53,148 bases of DNA, from IMG/VR virus record IMGVR_UViG_3300037104_000199, positions 1 through 53,148 of that record. One strand, written 5' to 3'. The stretch comes from a virus (lineage: Duplodnaviria; Caudoviricetes). Each line of letters opens with the position of its first letter. The stretch's first letter is position 1. The notes under the pieces were generated by a model. It was not told the origin of the DNA, did not search any database, and worked only from the letters and a program-made list of their open reading frames with translations. Made by a program: the position numbers and the translations under genes. Shown here one piece after another: positions 44,026-53,148 of this stretch.

Positions 44026-44317
44026 TTCTTGCTCCTCTACATGCTATTAAGGTTTCTACCCTAGAAATATTGGTAAGTGTATAAAAGTACTTAGGGAGTA
44101 TACTGAACTCCACAATTTGAAAGGTTTCTGGAAAATCTTGGTCCCCTATAAAAAAGGATATAAGTAAATCAGAAGAATTGGGGTAGGGGGTAATATTTAT
44201 GTCATACACCCTATACTTCTCAGAGCCCCTTTCCTCAGAGTTTATGTATATATTTGCGTTGTTAGTATCTTTATACATTTCTCTCCTTCTAGCTATCTCT
44301 CCAAGCCCCATCTTCAA
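44012..44317 (-). CDS. hypothetical protein
   Basis: Coupled ORF. Confidence 0.45.
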   Translation of the reverse strand: MKMGLGEIARRREMYKDTNNANIYINSEERGSEKYRVYDINITPYPNSSDLLISFFIGDQDFPETFQIVEFSILPKYFYTLTNISRVETLIACRGARNGQE

Positions 44318-44687
44318 TATTATTCAAAGAAGTAAACTCAGGTTTAATTGGTTTCCAGTGTCTTCTAAACTTATGTTCATTTGTATGTCTAAGACCTATC
44401 ATTCCATCTGTATTAGTATTTGTTGCGCCCTTATTTTCTAGCTGTTCTAGTCTTCGAGACTCTATTGTTCTAAGAAAGAGGGCGCACCACTTAGATAAAT
44501 CCTCGCTTAAGTTCTTACGCATAGATACTCCAAAGATATAGAACTTAAACCTTTGGTAGTTCATACTCTCTATGTCTAATGAGGACAAAGCCCACTGGAT
44601 ATATTCTGGGTCATGATTTAGAACCCAGTGCCATGAGTTACTTTTATGCTTACCAAATCCTATAGTAGCACCTAATCTAATACCCAC
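44289..44687 (-). CDS. protein with exonuclease-X C-terminal-like (FGKHK..DPxYIxW) domain
   Basis: IGFGKHK..DPEYIQWAL. Confidence 0.55.
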   Translation of the reverse strand: MGIRLGATIGFGKHKSNSWHWVLNHDPEYIQWALSSLDIESMNYQRFKFYIFGVSMRKNLSEDLSKWCALFLRTIESRRLEQLENKGATNTNTDGMIGLRHTNEHKFRRHWKPIKPEFTSLNNIEDGAWRDS

Positions 44688-44690
44688 ATA

Positions 44691-44909
44691 CTACTCCTTT
44701 TCAGGAAGGTGCTTACTTATCTCTATAAAAGCTTCAGACAACTTAATGAGGTCCCCTTTTAGTATGAGGTTAGTTGTAAAAGAAGTTACAATGGCATTTT
44801 CTCCGCCATTTTCCCAACAACTTATCTCCAGGGCTTTACCATAAGTTCTAGGTATAAGGGAGATTGTCCACCGGCCACTGTTGCTAAATTTAATCATAAG
44901 AGGGTTCAT
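44691..44909 (-). CDS. hypothetical protein
   Basis: AAGGAG RBS. Confidence 0.55.
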   Translation of the reverse strand: MNPLMIKFSNSGRWTISLIPRTYGKALEISCWENGGENAIVTSFTTNLILKGDLIKLSEAFIEISKHLPEKE

Positions 44910-44921
44910 TTTCTGCTCCTT

Positions 44922-45284
44922 CTAGTAGTTATATACTAATTCAATACTTAAATCTTGACCTTGTGTGAAGTAAGAACTTATAGGTCTTATATCACATATA
45001 GTAAGTATATTATTTCTTCCCCCCAAAAGTACTAACTTATTGAGGTTGGCGCAGTGTGCTATAGTGCCCATGTGCCAGCGTAGCTTGACTGCTCCGTTAT
45101 CTAGGTTAGTAACAGCATCAAGTTCATTACTTAAAATGGCTTCATCACTATCACTAATAAGTAGAAGTTTAATTTCTCCCCCGCGCAATAGAATAGCCTT
45201 TACTTCTTTTGAAGTTAACACTAGGGCTCCCTTCTTACTTGAATTCTGTACCATTCTTACGAAGTAAGTAATCTTCACTAACAC
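44922..45284 (-). CDS. hypothetical protein
   Basis: ORF in operon; start uncertain. Confidence 0.45.
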   Translation of the reverse strand: MLVKITYFVRMVQNSSKKGALVLTSKEVKAILLRGGEIKLLLISDSDEAILSNELDAVTNLDNGAVKLRWHMGTIAHCANLNKLVLLGGRNNILTICDIRPISSYFTQGQDLSIELVYNY

Positions 45285-46380
45285 TCTTAAGTATCTTGCG
45301 CCCTATTTGTGGGCTGTTACCTTCATGGAGTAGCTTGATTACAATGCCCTCTCGCATTTGAGTGGGGCATAATAAGGACTTCCCACTAGTGTCAGCTTGT
45401 ACAATTCCTGGGAGGTAAGGACCAACATAAATCTCTGGAACTGTGGGTAGTCCCCACTTAGCACAAAGAGCCTTCACACTATTTAAGGGAAAGTAAAGCT
45501 GCTCATTCATCACAAACCCAGAAGCCATTATAGAGTTAGTCCCCCAAGGAAGATATTGACCCTTGTACTTAATATCAAATACAGCAAAGTCTATTTCCTT
45601 TGTGCCATAAGTAAGGTCCTGAATTCCTGGTCCATAGATTTCTCCATAGATAATGTAATCCTGGGGAATTACTTCTCTAAGGTTATACTTCTTTGCTATT
45701 TGCCCCCAAACATCTGTACCATAGAAACTCCGCCTCTTAGTAGAAGCTCCAATTTGCACGTTATGGCTTCCATAAACAAACTCGTACTTCTGCCTAAATA
45801 GGTTCTTTCTTATAAAGGACCAGGTACGACTAAGTAAGGGCTGATTTCTATTAATAGAAATTTCAAGATTTGCCGCCCGCATATTACAACCGTGCAGCTT
45901 CTCCGTAACCACAACTACATCATCCGAAGTAAATACATCTGGGTAATGTTTAATGTTCTCTATGTCTGTGTACTTATCAAAGTTAGGATTAAGCTTCTTG
46001 CGCGAACTTTTCTTAGGTTGTGGCGCGAAAGATGGTTCAGCAACTTCATACTTAGTAATGCCCATAACCTCTGCGACATTATCCCCTTCCTTATATTTAG
46101 GAGAGGGAACATCTAAGATAAGACCTTGACTTATATACCCCCGAAGTTTTACTGTACCAGTTCTACCATTATTCTTTAGGTAGTCTAGTTCATACTTTTC
46201 AATTAAGGGCGCAGGGATAATACAATCAGGTGGAACAAAAACTACTAAGTCTCCAACCTTATAGTTATCTAAACCTACAATACAATTAAAGCCCTTAATA
46301 GTAACAATTGAAAGTCGATCTGCGTTAGGGTGTTCGGTAACCTCATTAACTTTACAAACTTCTACTATGAGAGAACTCAT
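45235..46380 (-). CDS. RNA ligase, DRB0094/Rnl2-like, with N-terminal OB domain
   Basis: HPNADRL, VKLRG.ISQG, TEKLHG, YGEIYG, VFDI, REGIVIK, LKSVSEDYL. Confidence 0.9.
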   Translation of the reverse strand: MSSLIVEVCKVNEVTEHPNADRLSIVTIKGFNCIVGLDNYKVGDLVVFVPPDCIIPAPLIEKYELDYLKNNGRTGTVKLRGYISQGLILDVPSPKYKEGDNVAEVMGITKYEVAEPSFAPQPKKSSRKKLNPNFDKYTDIENIKHYPDVFTSDDVVVVTEKLHGCNMRAANLEISINRNQPLLSRTWSFIRKNLFRQKYEFVYGSHNVQIGASTKRRSFYGTDVWGQIAKKYNLREVIPQDYIIYGEIYGPGIQDLTYGTKEIDFAVFDIKYKGQYLPWGTNSIMASGFVMNEQLYFPLNSVKALCAKWGLPTVPEIYVGPYLPGIVQADTSGKSLLCPTQMREGIVIKLLHEGNSPQIGRKILKSVSEDYLLRKNGTEFK

Positions 46381-46392
46381 AAACTTCCCTTT

Positions 46393-46704
46393 CTATGTAA
46401 GTCTACTAGTATTAGCTAAATCATATTCCAACTTGCGCCCAGTAATCTTTCTGGATTCAAAAGCTGCTAAGACTTTAAATGTTTCCTTAGCTTTATCCAC
46501 AATAAGTGTTCTAACCTTCTTGGTAGCTTCATCAGCTTGCCCGGTTATTTCCAGCCAGGAAATTTGCGCATGAATGGCTTCTAATCTTGCTTGTATGCCA
46601 GCTATAGTTTCCATATTAGTCCATAAATGTTCGCCTTCTTTACTCACATCTATACCTTCTAAATACTCCATTACTTCTTTGGCAATGTCCTCAGCGTAGC
46701 TCAT
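46393..46704 (-). CDS. hypothetical helical protein
   Basis: AAGGAG RBS and own promoter. Confidence 0.6.
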   Translation of the reverse strand: MSYAEDIAKEVMEYLEGIDVSKEGEHLWTNMETIAGIQARLEAIHAQISWLEITGQADEATKKVRTLIVDKAKETFKVLAAFESRKITGRKLEYDLANTSRLT

Positions 46705-46723
46705 GGCTCTCCTTTCATACCTG

Positions 46724-46753
46724 ATTGTACACCCTTAGGCCCCTTCCTGTCAA
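46724..46753 (-). promoter_or_regulatory. sigma70-type promoter
   Basis: TTGACA-18 nt-TACAAT. Confidence 0.65.
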
Positions 46754-47400
46754 GCCTGAGGTTCTTGTGACTTGTAGTACAAATCTATTAGGTCTTGGTA
46801 TCTCTCAGAGTCCTCGTTCAATGCCCCCAGAATGACCTGTAGTGCCCTCTCAGACTTGATAAGACTCTCGTGCCTAGTCTGTGTTATGACTGCCATCGTA
46901 TCAAGCTTGTACTCATTGCCCTCTGATTCAAAAGTCTTGGGCATATTTGGTGGCTCAATATGAAGCAAAGCTTCTTTCTTAAACTGAACAGACTTCTGGT
47001 TGATCAGCAACCACGCGGAAACCAGCCATGTAGGTAACTTAGTGTTTTTGTTCTCCGTCGTGTAGTTCTTGGACACGGCGTCCACTCGAATACTTGTAAT
47101 ATGCCCTATCCTACCTGTGGACGTAGCAATATTATCAAAAGCATGATCAGGACCATCAGCCACAAGCATCCTTTTAGCTATAGCCCTTTCTGAGTTCTTT
47201 GATCGGCGCATCAAAGCCTTTTGATCTACTGTGCCTACAGGCTTAACACTAGTAGGGGTAATTATTACTTCCTGTAGTGTTCCTTGCTGTTTACAGCCAC
47301 GGCAGAACCCTTCCCAATGAGTATGTGATCTTTGACAAGTAGTACATATCCAAGCACGTTTACTTTTAACCATAAGTCCCATTATATGTTTACCCGCCAT
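46750..47400 (-). CDS. RadA-like zinc ribbon fused to a putative PD-(D/E)XK resolvase-like domain
   Basis: WICTTC..W.G.CRGC...GTL.E; SER.IA..VDA....TENK. Confidence 0.55.
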   Translation of the reverse strand: MAGKHIMGLMVKSKRAWICTTCQRSHTHWEGFCRGCKQQGTLQEVIITPTSVKPVGTVDQKALMRRSKNSERAIAKRMLVADGPDHAFDNIATSTGRIGHITSIRVDAVSKNYTTENKNTKLPTWLVSAWLLINQKSVQFKKEALLHIEPPNMPKTFESEGNEYKLDTMAVITQTRHESLIKSERALQVILGALNEDSERYQDLIDLYYKSQEPQA

Positions 47401-47777
47401 TCTAAACCATGGTTTCTTTTGTACGTTCTAATTCTATGGCAATTAACACAAACTAATTCACACTTAGCCATCTCATCTAAAACCTTTTCTAAACTTTGGT
47501 TAGATATCTGTGCAATCTTTTTGTACTTATTATCTGCTATATGGTCGAACTCCATTACATACCAAGGGAATATCTGCTTACAATCTGTACAAGGATTTGA
47601 TCCTTTGTAATCTCTAAGCCATATTTTAGTTGGACTTAAATATGCCCTATCTTCAAACTCACGGCGATTACTAGCTTTAATTCTGCACGTTTCTGAGCAG
47701 TATGTTTTAGCCCTATTACTTAGACGTTCATATTCAAAAACTATACTACACTCTCTGCATACACCAGTATTTATCAA
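47382..47777 (-). CDS. HNH endonuclease
   Basis: PCTDC..MEFDHI..E..KCELVCVNCHRIRT. Confidence 0.85.
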   Translation of the reverse strand: MINTGVCRECSIVFEYERLSNRAKTYCSETCRIKASNRREFEDRAYLSPTKIWLRDYKGSNPCTDCKQIFPWYVMEFDHIADNKYKKIAQISNQSLEKVLDEMAKCELVCVNCHRIRTYKRNHGLEWRVNI

Positions 47778-47786
47778 AATTTCCCC

Positions 47787-50138
47787 CTATAAATCACTAA
47801 AAAGCATATACCTAGGAACCCATTTAACTTCCACTAGTCCTAACCTTCCATTTCTATTCTTAGCTACTATTACTTCCGCTATATCTTCTTCCACGCCCCC
47901 AAATGCCTCACCATAAGATTCCCTATGAAGAAACATTATGATATCTGCTGACTGTTCAATTTCACCAGAAGCTCTTAGGTCTGCCATACCCGGGCGCTTA
48001 TTAGTACGCTCCCCACGCTCATTGGAGGGGCCTCTACTTAGCTGTGAGAGTACAATAACTGGGCATCCTAATTCCTTACCCAAGCCTCTCAATTCTTTAC
48101 AAGCATCCCCAAGAGTATCCACTTTATTACCTGTAGGGAGTTTCATAAGGTGCAGGTAGTCTACAACTATAAGACCTACCTTACCCCATTCATAGAGCAT
48201 TTGCCTTCCAAGGGATGTAATGTAACTTGTAGATACATTAGGTCTATCGTCTACATGGAAGGTTTCCATTACCTTTTCCAGTGATTTATTTGCCCCAGCA
48301 ATATCCGCTACCATACCAGGATTAGCCAGGTAGGTACCCGAACGAATATCTTCGAGAGGTACCTGGGCTTCTCGGGCAAGTAATCTTTCAAAGATTTGCT
48401 CTTTAGTCTGCTCTAAAGAGAAAAATAAAACTGGCCCTGTGTTTACAGCATGCCTAGCAAGATTAACCGCAAAGGCAGTATTATGCGTTGGTATAAAGTC
48501 ATCTGTAATGTACAGATGACTACTATTATCAATCTTAATACACTGGCATTCTTTAGAACCTACAAAATCTATAGAAACTACCTTCCTTGTATGTACCCTA
48601 TTACTAACTCTCCATTTTCTGGTATGCTTTAAAGATGTAACTGGAATTTCCCCATTGAAGAATCTTATGTATAATCTATAGTAAGTTAAAATACTGGTTT
48701 TATCCCTATAAGTATACTTAAGATACTTATGCCCCTCTCGTACCACACCCCCTAAAGAACGTACTAAAGTACAAACATCCTGAGCAAGTTTCTTAGAACC
48801 TGTACAGTAATCTACTATACTACTACCATTAGCCATCCCCCCATCAGTATCTAAAAGACCTTGTAATAACCTCATCCTATTTTCAGGTGTAGAGTACAAG
48901 TACCTTTCAGGAATGAATTTATGTAGACTCCCACAAAGAAGACCTAGTTCCTCTAGGTATTGTTTAGTGTCACTTTGGGTATGGTTATAAACCTTACGTA
49001 CTACATTACTATGCAAACTGTAGGGATTTACTAAGGTATCCCCTTCTGGAAGAAGTTCTAACACTTTGGCCTTTATGTCCTTTTCGGGGTTGCATATATT
49101 CACCATTGAATTTCCCAAGGTACCATCACCCAGAAGAACTCCCAAAAGGTAAGGATCAAGCTTTAGGGGTTCCTCAGAAGGGGTGTAATTTACCCTCCCA
49201 GTTATAGGTAAAATATGGTTGGGATACCCTCCAGAATTTTTTAAACTACCTAGTAACTCCTTGGTTGATTTAACCGACCCCGGAAAATCCCTAAGCCTCT
49301 CGTTCATAGTTTGCGTAAACCACAAATGATCTAAAGAGCACTCGGTAGAAGTACCATCAGATAAAGTTACCTTATACACATCCAAAGGCCCTTGTGGGAA
49401 AACTCCAGTAACATTACAAGCAACCCCATCAGAGCCTATAACCTCATCCCCAACCACTAAACTGCCCATTGGTACAAAACCCTTAGGGGTCAGTACTTTT
49501 GCATCTAAGGGTTGTGCCTTCCCTAAACTCGTGCGGGCGGCAACAATAACCAATCCCTCTAACCTATGGAGAATTAGGTCCACTTCTGTAAGACCTGTAG
49601 TAATTCCTTCTGCGTTCTCATCCACACGATTAACAAGGTTCTTTACAAACTCTTGATAAGCTTCAACGGAAGACTCTCCTGTGTCATCAAGCACTCTTTG
49701 CTTGATAAAGTTTGCGAAGTTATCTTCGAGTTGTTGTAATACTTCTGTGGCATTAGCATTATCTTTGTAAGCTAATTCAACTATATTTTGCCCCAAAGTT
49801 ATTGCTGCTCTAAGCTTAGCTTTATCCTTAACTGTTTCAGCATAAACTATAGCATTAGATATACTAGGAACTAGCCTATCACTATCTGCTACTAAGTTAG
49901 CAAAGTACTCCTTAGACCTATCCGACAGTTTCTCCGCAACAGTAAGGGAGTCCGCAGCACCTTGGAGGTCGCATATAACATGGTATATTTCCTGGTGCTC
50001 ATTCTTATAGAAATCACTAGGCTGTAGTATCTCAGAGATTCTAGGTAAAAGCATGGGGTCTGAAAGTATCGCGACCAACACTGCCTTTTCTATATCCTGG
50101 CTGTAGGGTATCTTTGTTATTTCTGGGTTAATGGTCAT
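47787..50138 (-). CDS. dnaB: replicative DnaB helicase containing an intein
   Basis: DFY..H..IY, TGL..VD, AARTSLGK/T, FFSLE, VVDYLHL, LSQLSR, DLRASGEIEQSAD, AKNRNG. Confidence 0.95.
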   Translation of the reverse strand: MTINPEITKIPYSQDIEKAVLVAILSDPMLLPRISEILQPSDFYKNEHQEIYHVICDLQGAADSLTVAEKLSDRSKEYFANLVADSDRLVPSISNAIVYAETVKDKAKLRAAITLGQNIVELAYKDNANATEVLQQLEDNFANFIKQRVLDDTGESSVEAYQEFVKNLVNRVDENAEGITTGLTEVDLILHRLEGLVIVAARTSLGKAQPLDAKVLTPKGFVPMGSLVVGDEVIGSDGVACNVTGVFPQGPLDVYKVTLSDGTSTECSLDHLWFTQTMNERLRDFPGSVKSTKELLGSLKNSGGYPNHILPITGRVNYTPSEEPLKLDPYLLGVLLGDGTLGNSMVNICNPEKDIKAKVLELLPEGDTLVNPYSLHSNVVRKVYNHTQSDTKQYLEELGLLCGSLHKFIPERYLYSTPENRMRLLQGLLDTDGGMANGSSIVDYCTGSKKLAQDVCTLVRSLGGVVREGHKYLKYTYRDKTSILTYYRLYIRFFNGEIPVTSLKHTRKWRVSNRVHTRKVVSIDFVGSKECQCIKIDNSSHLYITDDFIPTHNTAFAVNLARHAVNTGPVLFFSLEQTKEQIFERLLAREAQVPLEDIRSGTYLANPGMVADIAGANKSLEKVMETFHVDDRPNVSTSYITSLGRQMLYEWGKVGLIVVDYLHLMKLPTGNKVDTLGDACKELRGLGKELGCPVIVLSQLSRGPSNERGERTNKRPGMADLRASGEIEQSADIIMFLHRESYGEAFGGVEEDIAEVIVAKNRNGRLGLVEVKWVPRYMLFSDL
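48480..49517 (-). mobile_element. intein (346 aa, Ala-start) with LAGLIDADG endonuclease, in the DnaB P-loop
   Basis: GK|AQPLD start; HLW; LGVLLGDG and LLQGLLDTDG; CQCI; THN|T end. Confidence 0.93.
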
Positions 50139-50521
50139 ATAGTCAATTTCCTTTTTACTTTTCTAGCTAATACTTGGTTCTTAGCAACTAACTTATTCTC
50201 CTGTAGGGTCTTTTCCTTAGCCTTTTTTATCTTAGCCTCCTCCTCGTCCTTAGCATCCTCTATTAACTGATCTTCTTTCCATTTACTTCCAGCTACCTTC
50301 AAAACATAGGGTAAGGGGTCACCTGTAAGTTGCCTAGTAGAGGAATCTACGATGGCCTCAAACATATACCAACCGCCATAGTTATTTATTGCCCGATTAA
50401 AATTCACATAGTTAGAAACCCTTACTCCCATAAGGTCTTCATACATTTTGATGTAATGTTTTCTACCTATTAACTTTATTTCATGCCGCCAAGCTGCTAA
50501 ACTCTTAGGTTCCTCTTCCAA
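50135..50521 (-). CDS. hypothetical protein (possible helicase loader)
   Basis: Coupled to dnaB; function guessed from position only. Confidence 0.5.
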   Translation of the reverse strand: MEEEPKSLAAWRHEIKLIGRKHYIKMYEDLMGVRVSNYVNFNRAINNYGGWYMFEAIVDSSTRQLTGDPLPYVLKVAGSKWKEDQLIEDAKDEEEAKIKKAKEKTLQENKLVAKNQVLARKVKRKLTI

Positions 50522-50545
50522 AGTTCTCTCCTAAAACTAAGATAA

Positions 50546-50572
50546 TGCGCTGGAGGGTTTAGCTCCAGCGCA
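50546..50572. terminator. hairpin downstream of SSB
   Basis: TGCGCTGGAG / CTCCAGCGCA. Confidence 0.55.
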
Positions 50573-50585
50573 AGTCTCTTACTAT

Positions 50586-51362
50586 TTATGCAATGCCACG
50601 AGAAAGGTTGATCTCTTGCATATTTGCCCCCTTAAGCATAAGCTCAATCTCTTCACTAGGGGAAGGCTCAGCTAAAAGATCAAGATCAAAGAGCTTCTGA
50701 GGCTCCCCAGTCTCCTTATCTGTCAAGGCATCCTTAGGAAGGGGGATGATGTTCTTATCTGCATCAAACTTAACTTCCTGAGGAATAGCATTGATCTTCT
50801 TTTCTCTACCCACACCTTGTGTTACAAAGGTAATGTCATAATCTGTAATACTTGCCCCAAACTCTTCCTTTTGAAGCTGATCAATAGCATTAAGAGTTTC
50901 AGCAAACAACCTAGGACCCCCCTCTAAAATCTTAATCTTGTTCAAAGGAACAAAATCACTATCCTTTAGGGATGCCTGGCAGGCAGAGCAAATCTTACCG
51001 GGTGTCTCTGTATTACAAGAGGGGCATACAGTGTAGGGGGTTCTATCAAGAACATTCACCATAAATCGCTTACGGGCTCTCCCCGCAGAAACCTTTGCTT
51101 CGTAATCGGGATCATCCTTAGGAGTAGCCTTTGCGGCTCTCTCAATAGGACAAACATTTGTCTGGGCAGTAATATTTGGGCAAGTAGCCATCATGCCCTT
51201 ACCACTATTAGCTTCCTGAATCCAATGCTTCCAAGCTCTCTTAGCATTAGGATTAAGAATTCTAAGAACAACCTTGTAGTCTGGTGTAAACTTAACATAT
51301 GCAGCACTAGTTCGTGTGCGAGTCTCGGTATAAGTTCGTGCATCATCGGCAAAAGGTGACAT
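50586..51362 (-). CDS. gp32-like single-stranded DNA-binding protein
   Basis: VLRIL..KHW..TCP..CPI..RKRFMVNVLDR..IKILE..ITDYDI. Confidence 0.7.
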   Translation of the reverse strand: MSPFADDARTYTETRTRTSAAYVKFTPDYKVVLRILNPNAKRAWKHWIQEANSGKGMMATCPNITAQTNVCPIERAAKATPKDDPDYEAKVSAGRARKRFMVNVLDRTPYTVCPSCNTETPGKICSACQASLKDSDFVPLNKIKILEGGPRLFAETLNAIDQLQKEEFGASITDYDITFVTQGVGREKKINAIPQEVKFDADKNIIPLPKDALTDKETGEPQKLFDLDLLAEPSPSEEIELMLKGANMQEINLSRGIA

Positions 51363-51430
51363 ATTCGTTATTTTCTCCTGTTAGGTATTGATGCTGTTTT
51401 TAATTGAGAACAGCAAATAAACTCTACAAA

Positions 51431-51724
51431 TTACTTAGTAGGGGTAGTAGTCTTTGTGGCCTTAGCAGCCGCTTGTTCTAACCCCTTCTCTCTCAGCCAC
51501 TTATCAACAGCCAGAACAAACCCTACTAGGATAACAATTGTTACTTGCCCCCACTCCTTAGGGAATAGTGTTCCAGCAGCCGCATTAGCTACTAGAACAG
51601 CCATAACTGCCCCAATAATACCTCTAACAGCACTAACTGAAGCATCCTGAAGGGCTCCCTTAAGCTGAGCAACAATGGGCAACTTCCAAACAAGGTCTAG
51701 GAACTTCTGAATACCTATAAACAT
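51431..51724 (-). CDS. holin-like membrane protein
   Basis: Two hydrophobic segments, basic C-terminus, AAGGAGG RBS, next to the peptidase. Confidence 0.55.
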   Translation of the reverse strand: MFIGIQKFLDLVWKLPIVAQLKGALQDASVSAVRGIIGAVMAVLVANAAAGTLFPKEWGQVTIVILVGFVLAVDKWLREKGLEQAAAKATKTTTPTK

Positions 51725-51795
51725 TCTTTACCTCCTTTCTTCTAAATTATACCACAGTTTGTGGAACACACAATACTACACCATGGGGTGTACTG

Positions 51796-52983
51796 TCAAG
51801 CAGGGATGAGGTAGCCGGGTGCGTCGATCAGAAAGTCGGTCGAAGCCAAGCTGCCATTGTGAACCACGACGGAGCCGCTGACGATGGCCGCGATGAAGCC
51901 ATTGGCTCGGGTGTCGTGGGGCGGGAAGTTGATTGAGGAGTATGAGCCCGTCGGGACGACCGGCGTAACGGACACCCAACCAGCAGCAGCCTCATTAGTA
52001 ACGGTCAAGTTGCCAACAAGCCCAGTGGCATTGGCGGGGATACCTAGAAGTCCCGCTATCTGGACGACTCGGGACTCACCGGGTGCGAGCGGACGGGCAG
52101 CCGTGCCAACATTGACCAAGGCGCGACTATCACACATTCGGGGGGGCATAGTAGTAAAGAGTACAATAACTGAGGGCACGGTTACCTCCTGAATTATAGG
52201 TTTAATAGGTTGAGGGCCAGTCCATGTTTTGCCAGTGACATACTGGTAGCTGTCAATGCAGGCAATTTGGCGCTCATAGGGCAGAGCCGGCCACTGGAAA
52301 TCCCAAACACAGACAACTAACTCATCTATAGTGCCGAAGCCTTTGGCGTTGATTGAGACTTGATATCCCCAGGTCTTGATTGAGTTGTCGGTAGCGGTGT
52401 AACTGCCTCCGGCGATACCATGACCGCCAACGTTTGCGCCGCGCGCACCCGTATACCAGACCTTGTTCGGGTACTCCATTGCGGCGTAGACCACGACTCC
52501 GACGCAAACCGAGCCGAACTCCGCGACCGCTTGTTTCATGCCTTCGTCGGTGATCGGATAGTCGCCGTAGAACAGAAGCTTTGAGCCACCGAACCGCTCC
52601 GGATGGTTCTGTGCCCATTTGAGCGCTCCGAGAATATTCGAGCCGGGGCCAGGGGCGCTGGACGCGGCGTAGGGGATGCCATTGTAGTCGCAGTAATTCC
52701 GGACGACCTGCGCCGGGGTAGTGTGAGTGACTGGGACGCCGAGAGCCTTCGCGCTGATAACGCGGTCTTCTTCGATCATCTCGAAAACACAATCGCCCCA
52801 CGCGGTGCCGAGGACTTCCGTCCCGCCGTTGCCATACATGTTCGTGTCGGCGGCGTCTAACTCAATGTTGTGGACTTCAACCGGCCGGGCCGGTGCGGCA
52901 CCCATCGGGATTATGGCGATGGCGGACTTATTCTCTTCGCGGGGGAGCCTCCCTAATAGGGGCCTACCCTCAATAACTTCCAT
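51796..52983 (-). CDS. papain-like cysteine peptidase (probable lysin) with C-terminal beta-sandwich cell-surface domain
   Basis: MYGN..WGDCV, GGHGI..GSY, TWG; C-terminal P.R..DSR..GIP..A..L.GNLTV..G...V; GGAGG RBS before ATG 52983; GC-rich. Confidence 0.72.
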   Translation of the reverse strand: MEVIEGRPLLGRLPREENKSAIAIIPMGAAPARPVEVHNIELDAADTNMYGNGGTEVLGTAWGDCVFEMIEEDRVISAKALGVPVTHTTPAQVVRNYCDYNGIPYAASSAPGPGSNILGALKWAQNHPERFGGSKLLFYGDYPITDEGMKQAVAEFGSVCVGVVVYAAMEYPNKVWYTGARGANVGGHGIAGGSYTATDNSIKTWGYQVSINAKGFGTIDELVVCVWDFQWPALPYERQIACIDSYQYVTGKTWTGPQPIKPIIQEVTVPSVIVLFTTMPPRMCDSRALVNVGTAARPLAPGESRVVQIAGLLGIPANATGLVGNLTVTNEAAAGWVSVTPVVPTGSYSSINFPPHDTRANGFIAAIVSGSVVVHNGSLASTDFLIDAPGYLIPA

Positions 52984-53148
52984 AAATACCCTCCTATAAA
53001 ATGTGGAATATGTCTTTGATAATCCTATCAAACTTGTCAACAGCAAAATCCCAAGTAAACTGCTCTTGGTTAATAAACTTATACCCCTCTTCAGATAACT
53101 TAACTCGTAAATCCTTAGAGGCATACAGAGTATTCAACTTTTTAACAA

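Noticed and set aside
52984-53124. N-terminal extension of the peptidase ORF in the track
   Set aside because: A better start with GGAGG lies at 52983; the extension is probably the end of an upstream gene or intergenic DNA.

Overview
A 53-kb segment of a large, AT-rich (by eye, high-30s % GC) tailed dsDNA bacteriophage genome. No virion structural genes or integrase are visible. The left (1-10 kb) and right (35-53 kb) parts carry replication, recombination and nucleotide genes: PolA, primase, class II RNR, an HNH-fused GuaB/GMP-reductase, RecA, RuvB, dNMP kinases, a PD-(D/E)XK exonuclease, an RNA ligase, intein-containing DnaB, a gp32-like SSB, and a holin plus GC-rich peptidase. Many homing endonucleases are interspersed. 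The middle (10-34 kb) is a leftward accessory region with the main points of interest. (i) About 15 paralogous SH3/KOW-like miniproteins are punctuated by a fixed-spacing repeat, TATTAAY-N22-GTAACAG-N9-TGAAAGACGG. (ii) There is a complete phage-encoded ubiquitin-like cassette (Ubl-E2-JAB-E1) near a phosphatase and a Fic protein. (iii) A GC-rich island holds a captured fragment of a GNAT toxin-antitoxin operon. (iv) Four tRNA genes read AUA/AAA/AGA/UUA, two of them structurally aberrant. Two long hairpin-rich non-coding tracts (30.5-31.0 and 36.8-37.5 kb) are also present, the second with tRNA-mimic elements. A high-GC host is inferred, not shown. All calls are by-eye motif recognition; no database search was run.
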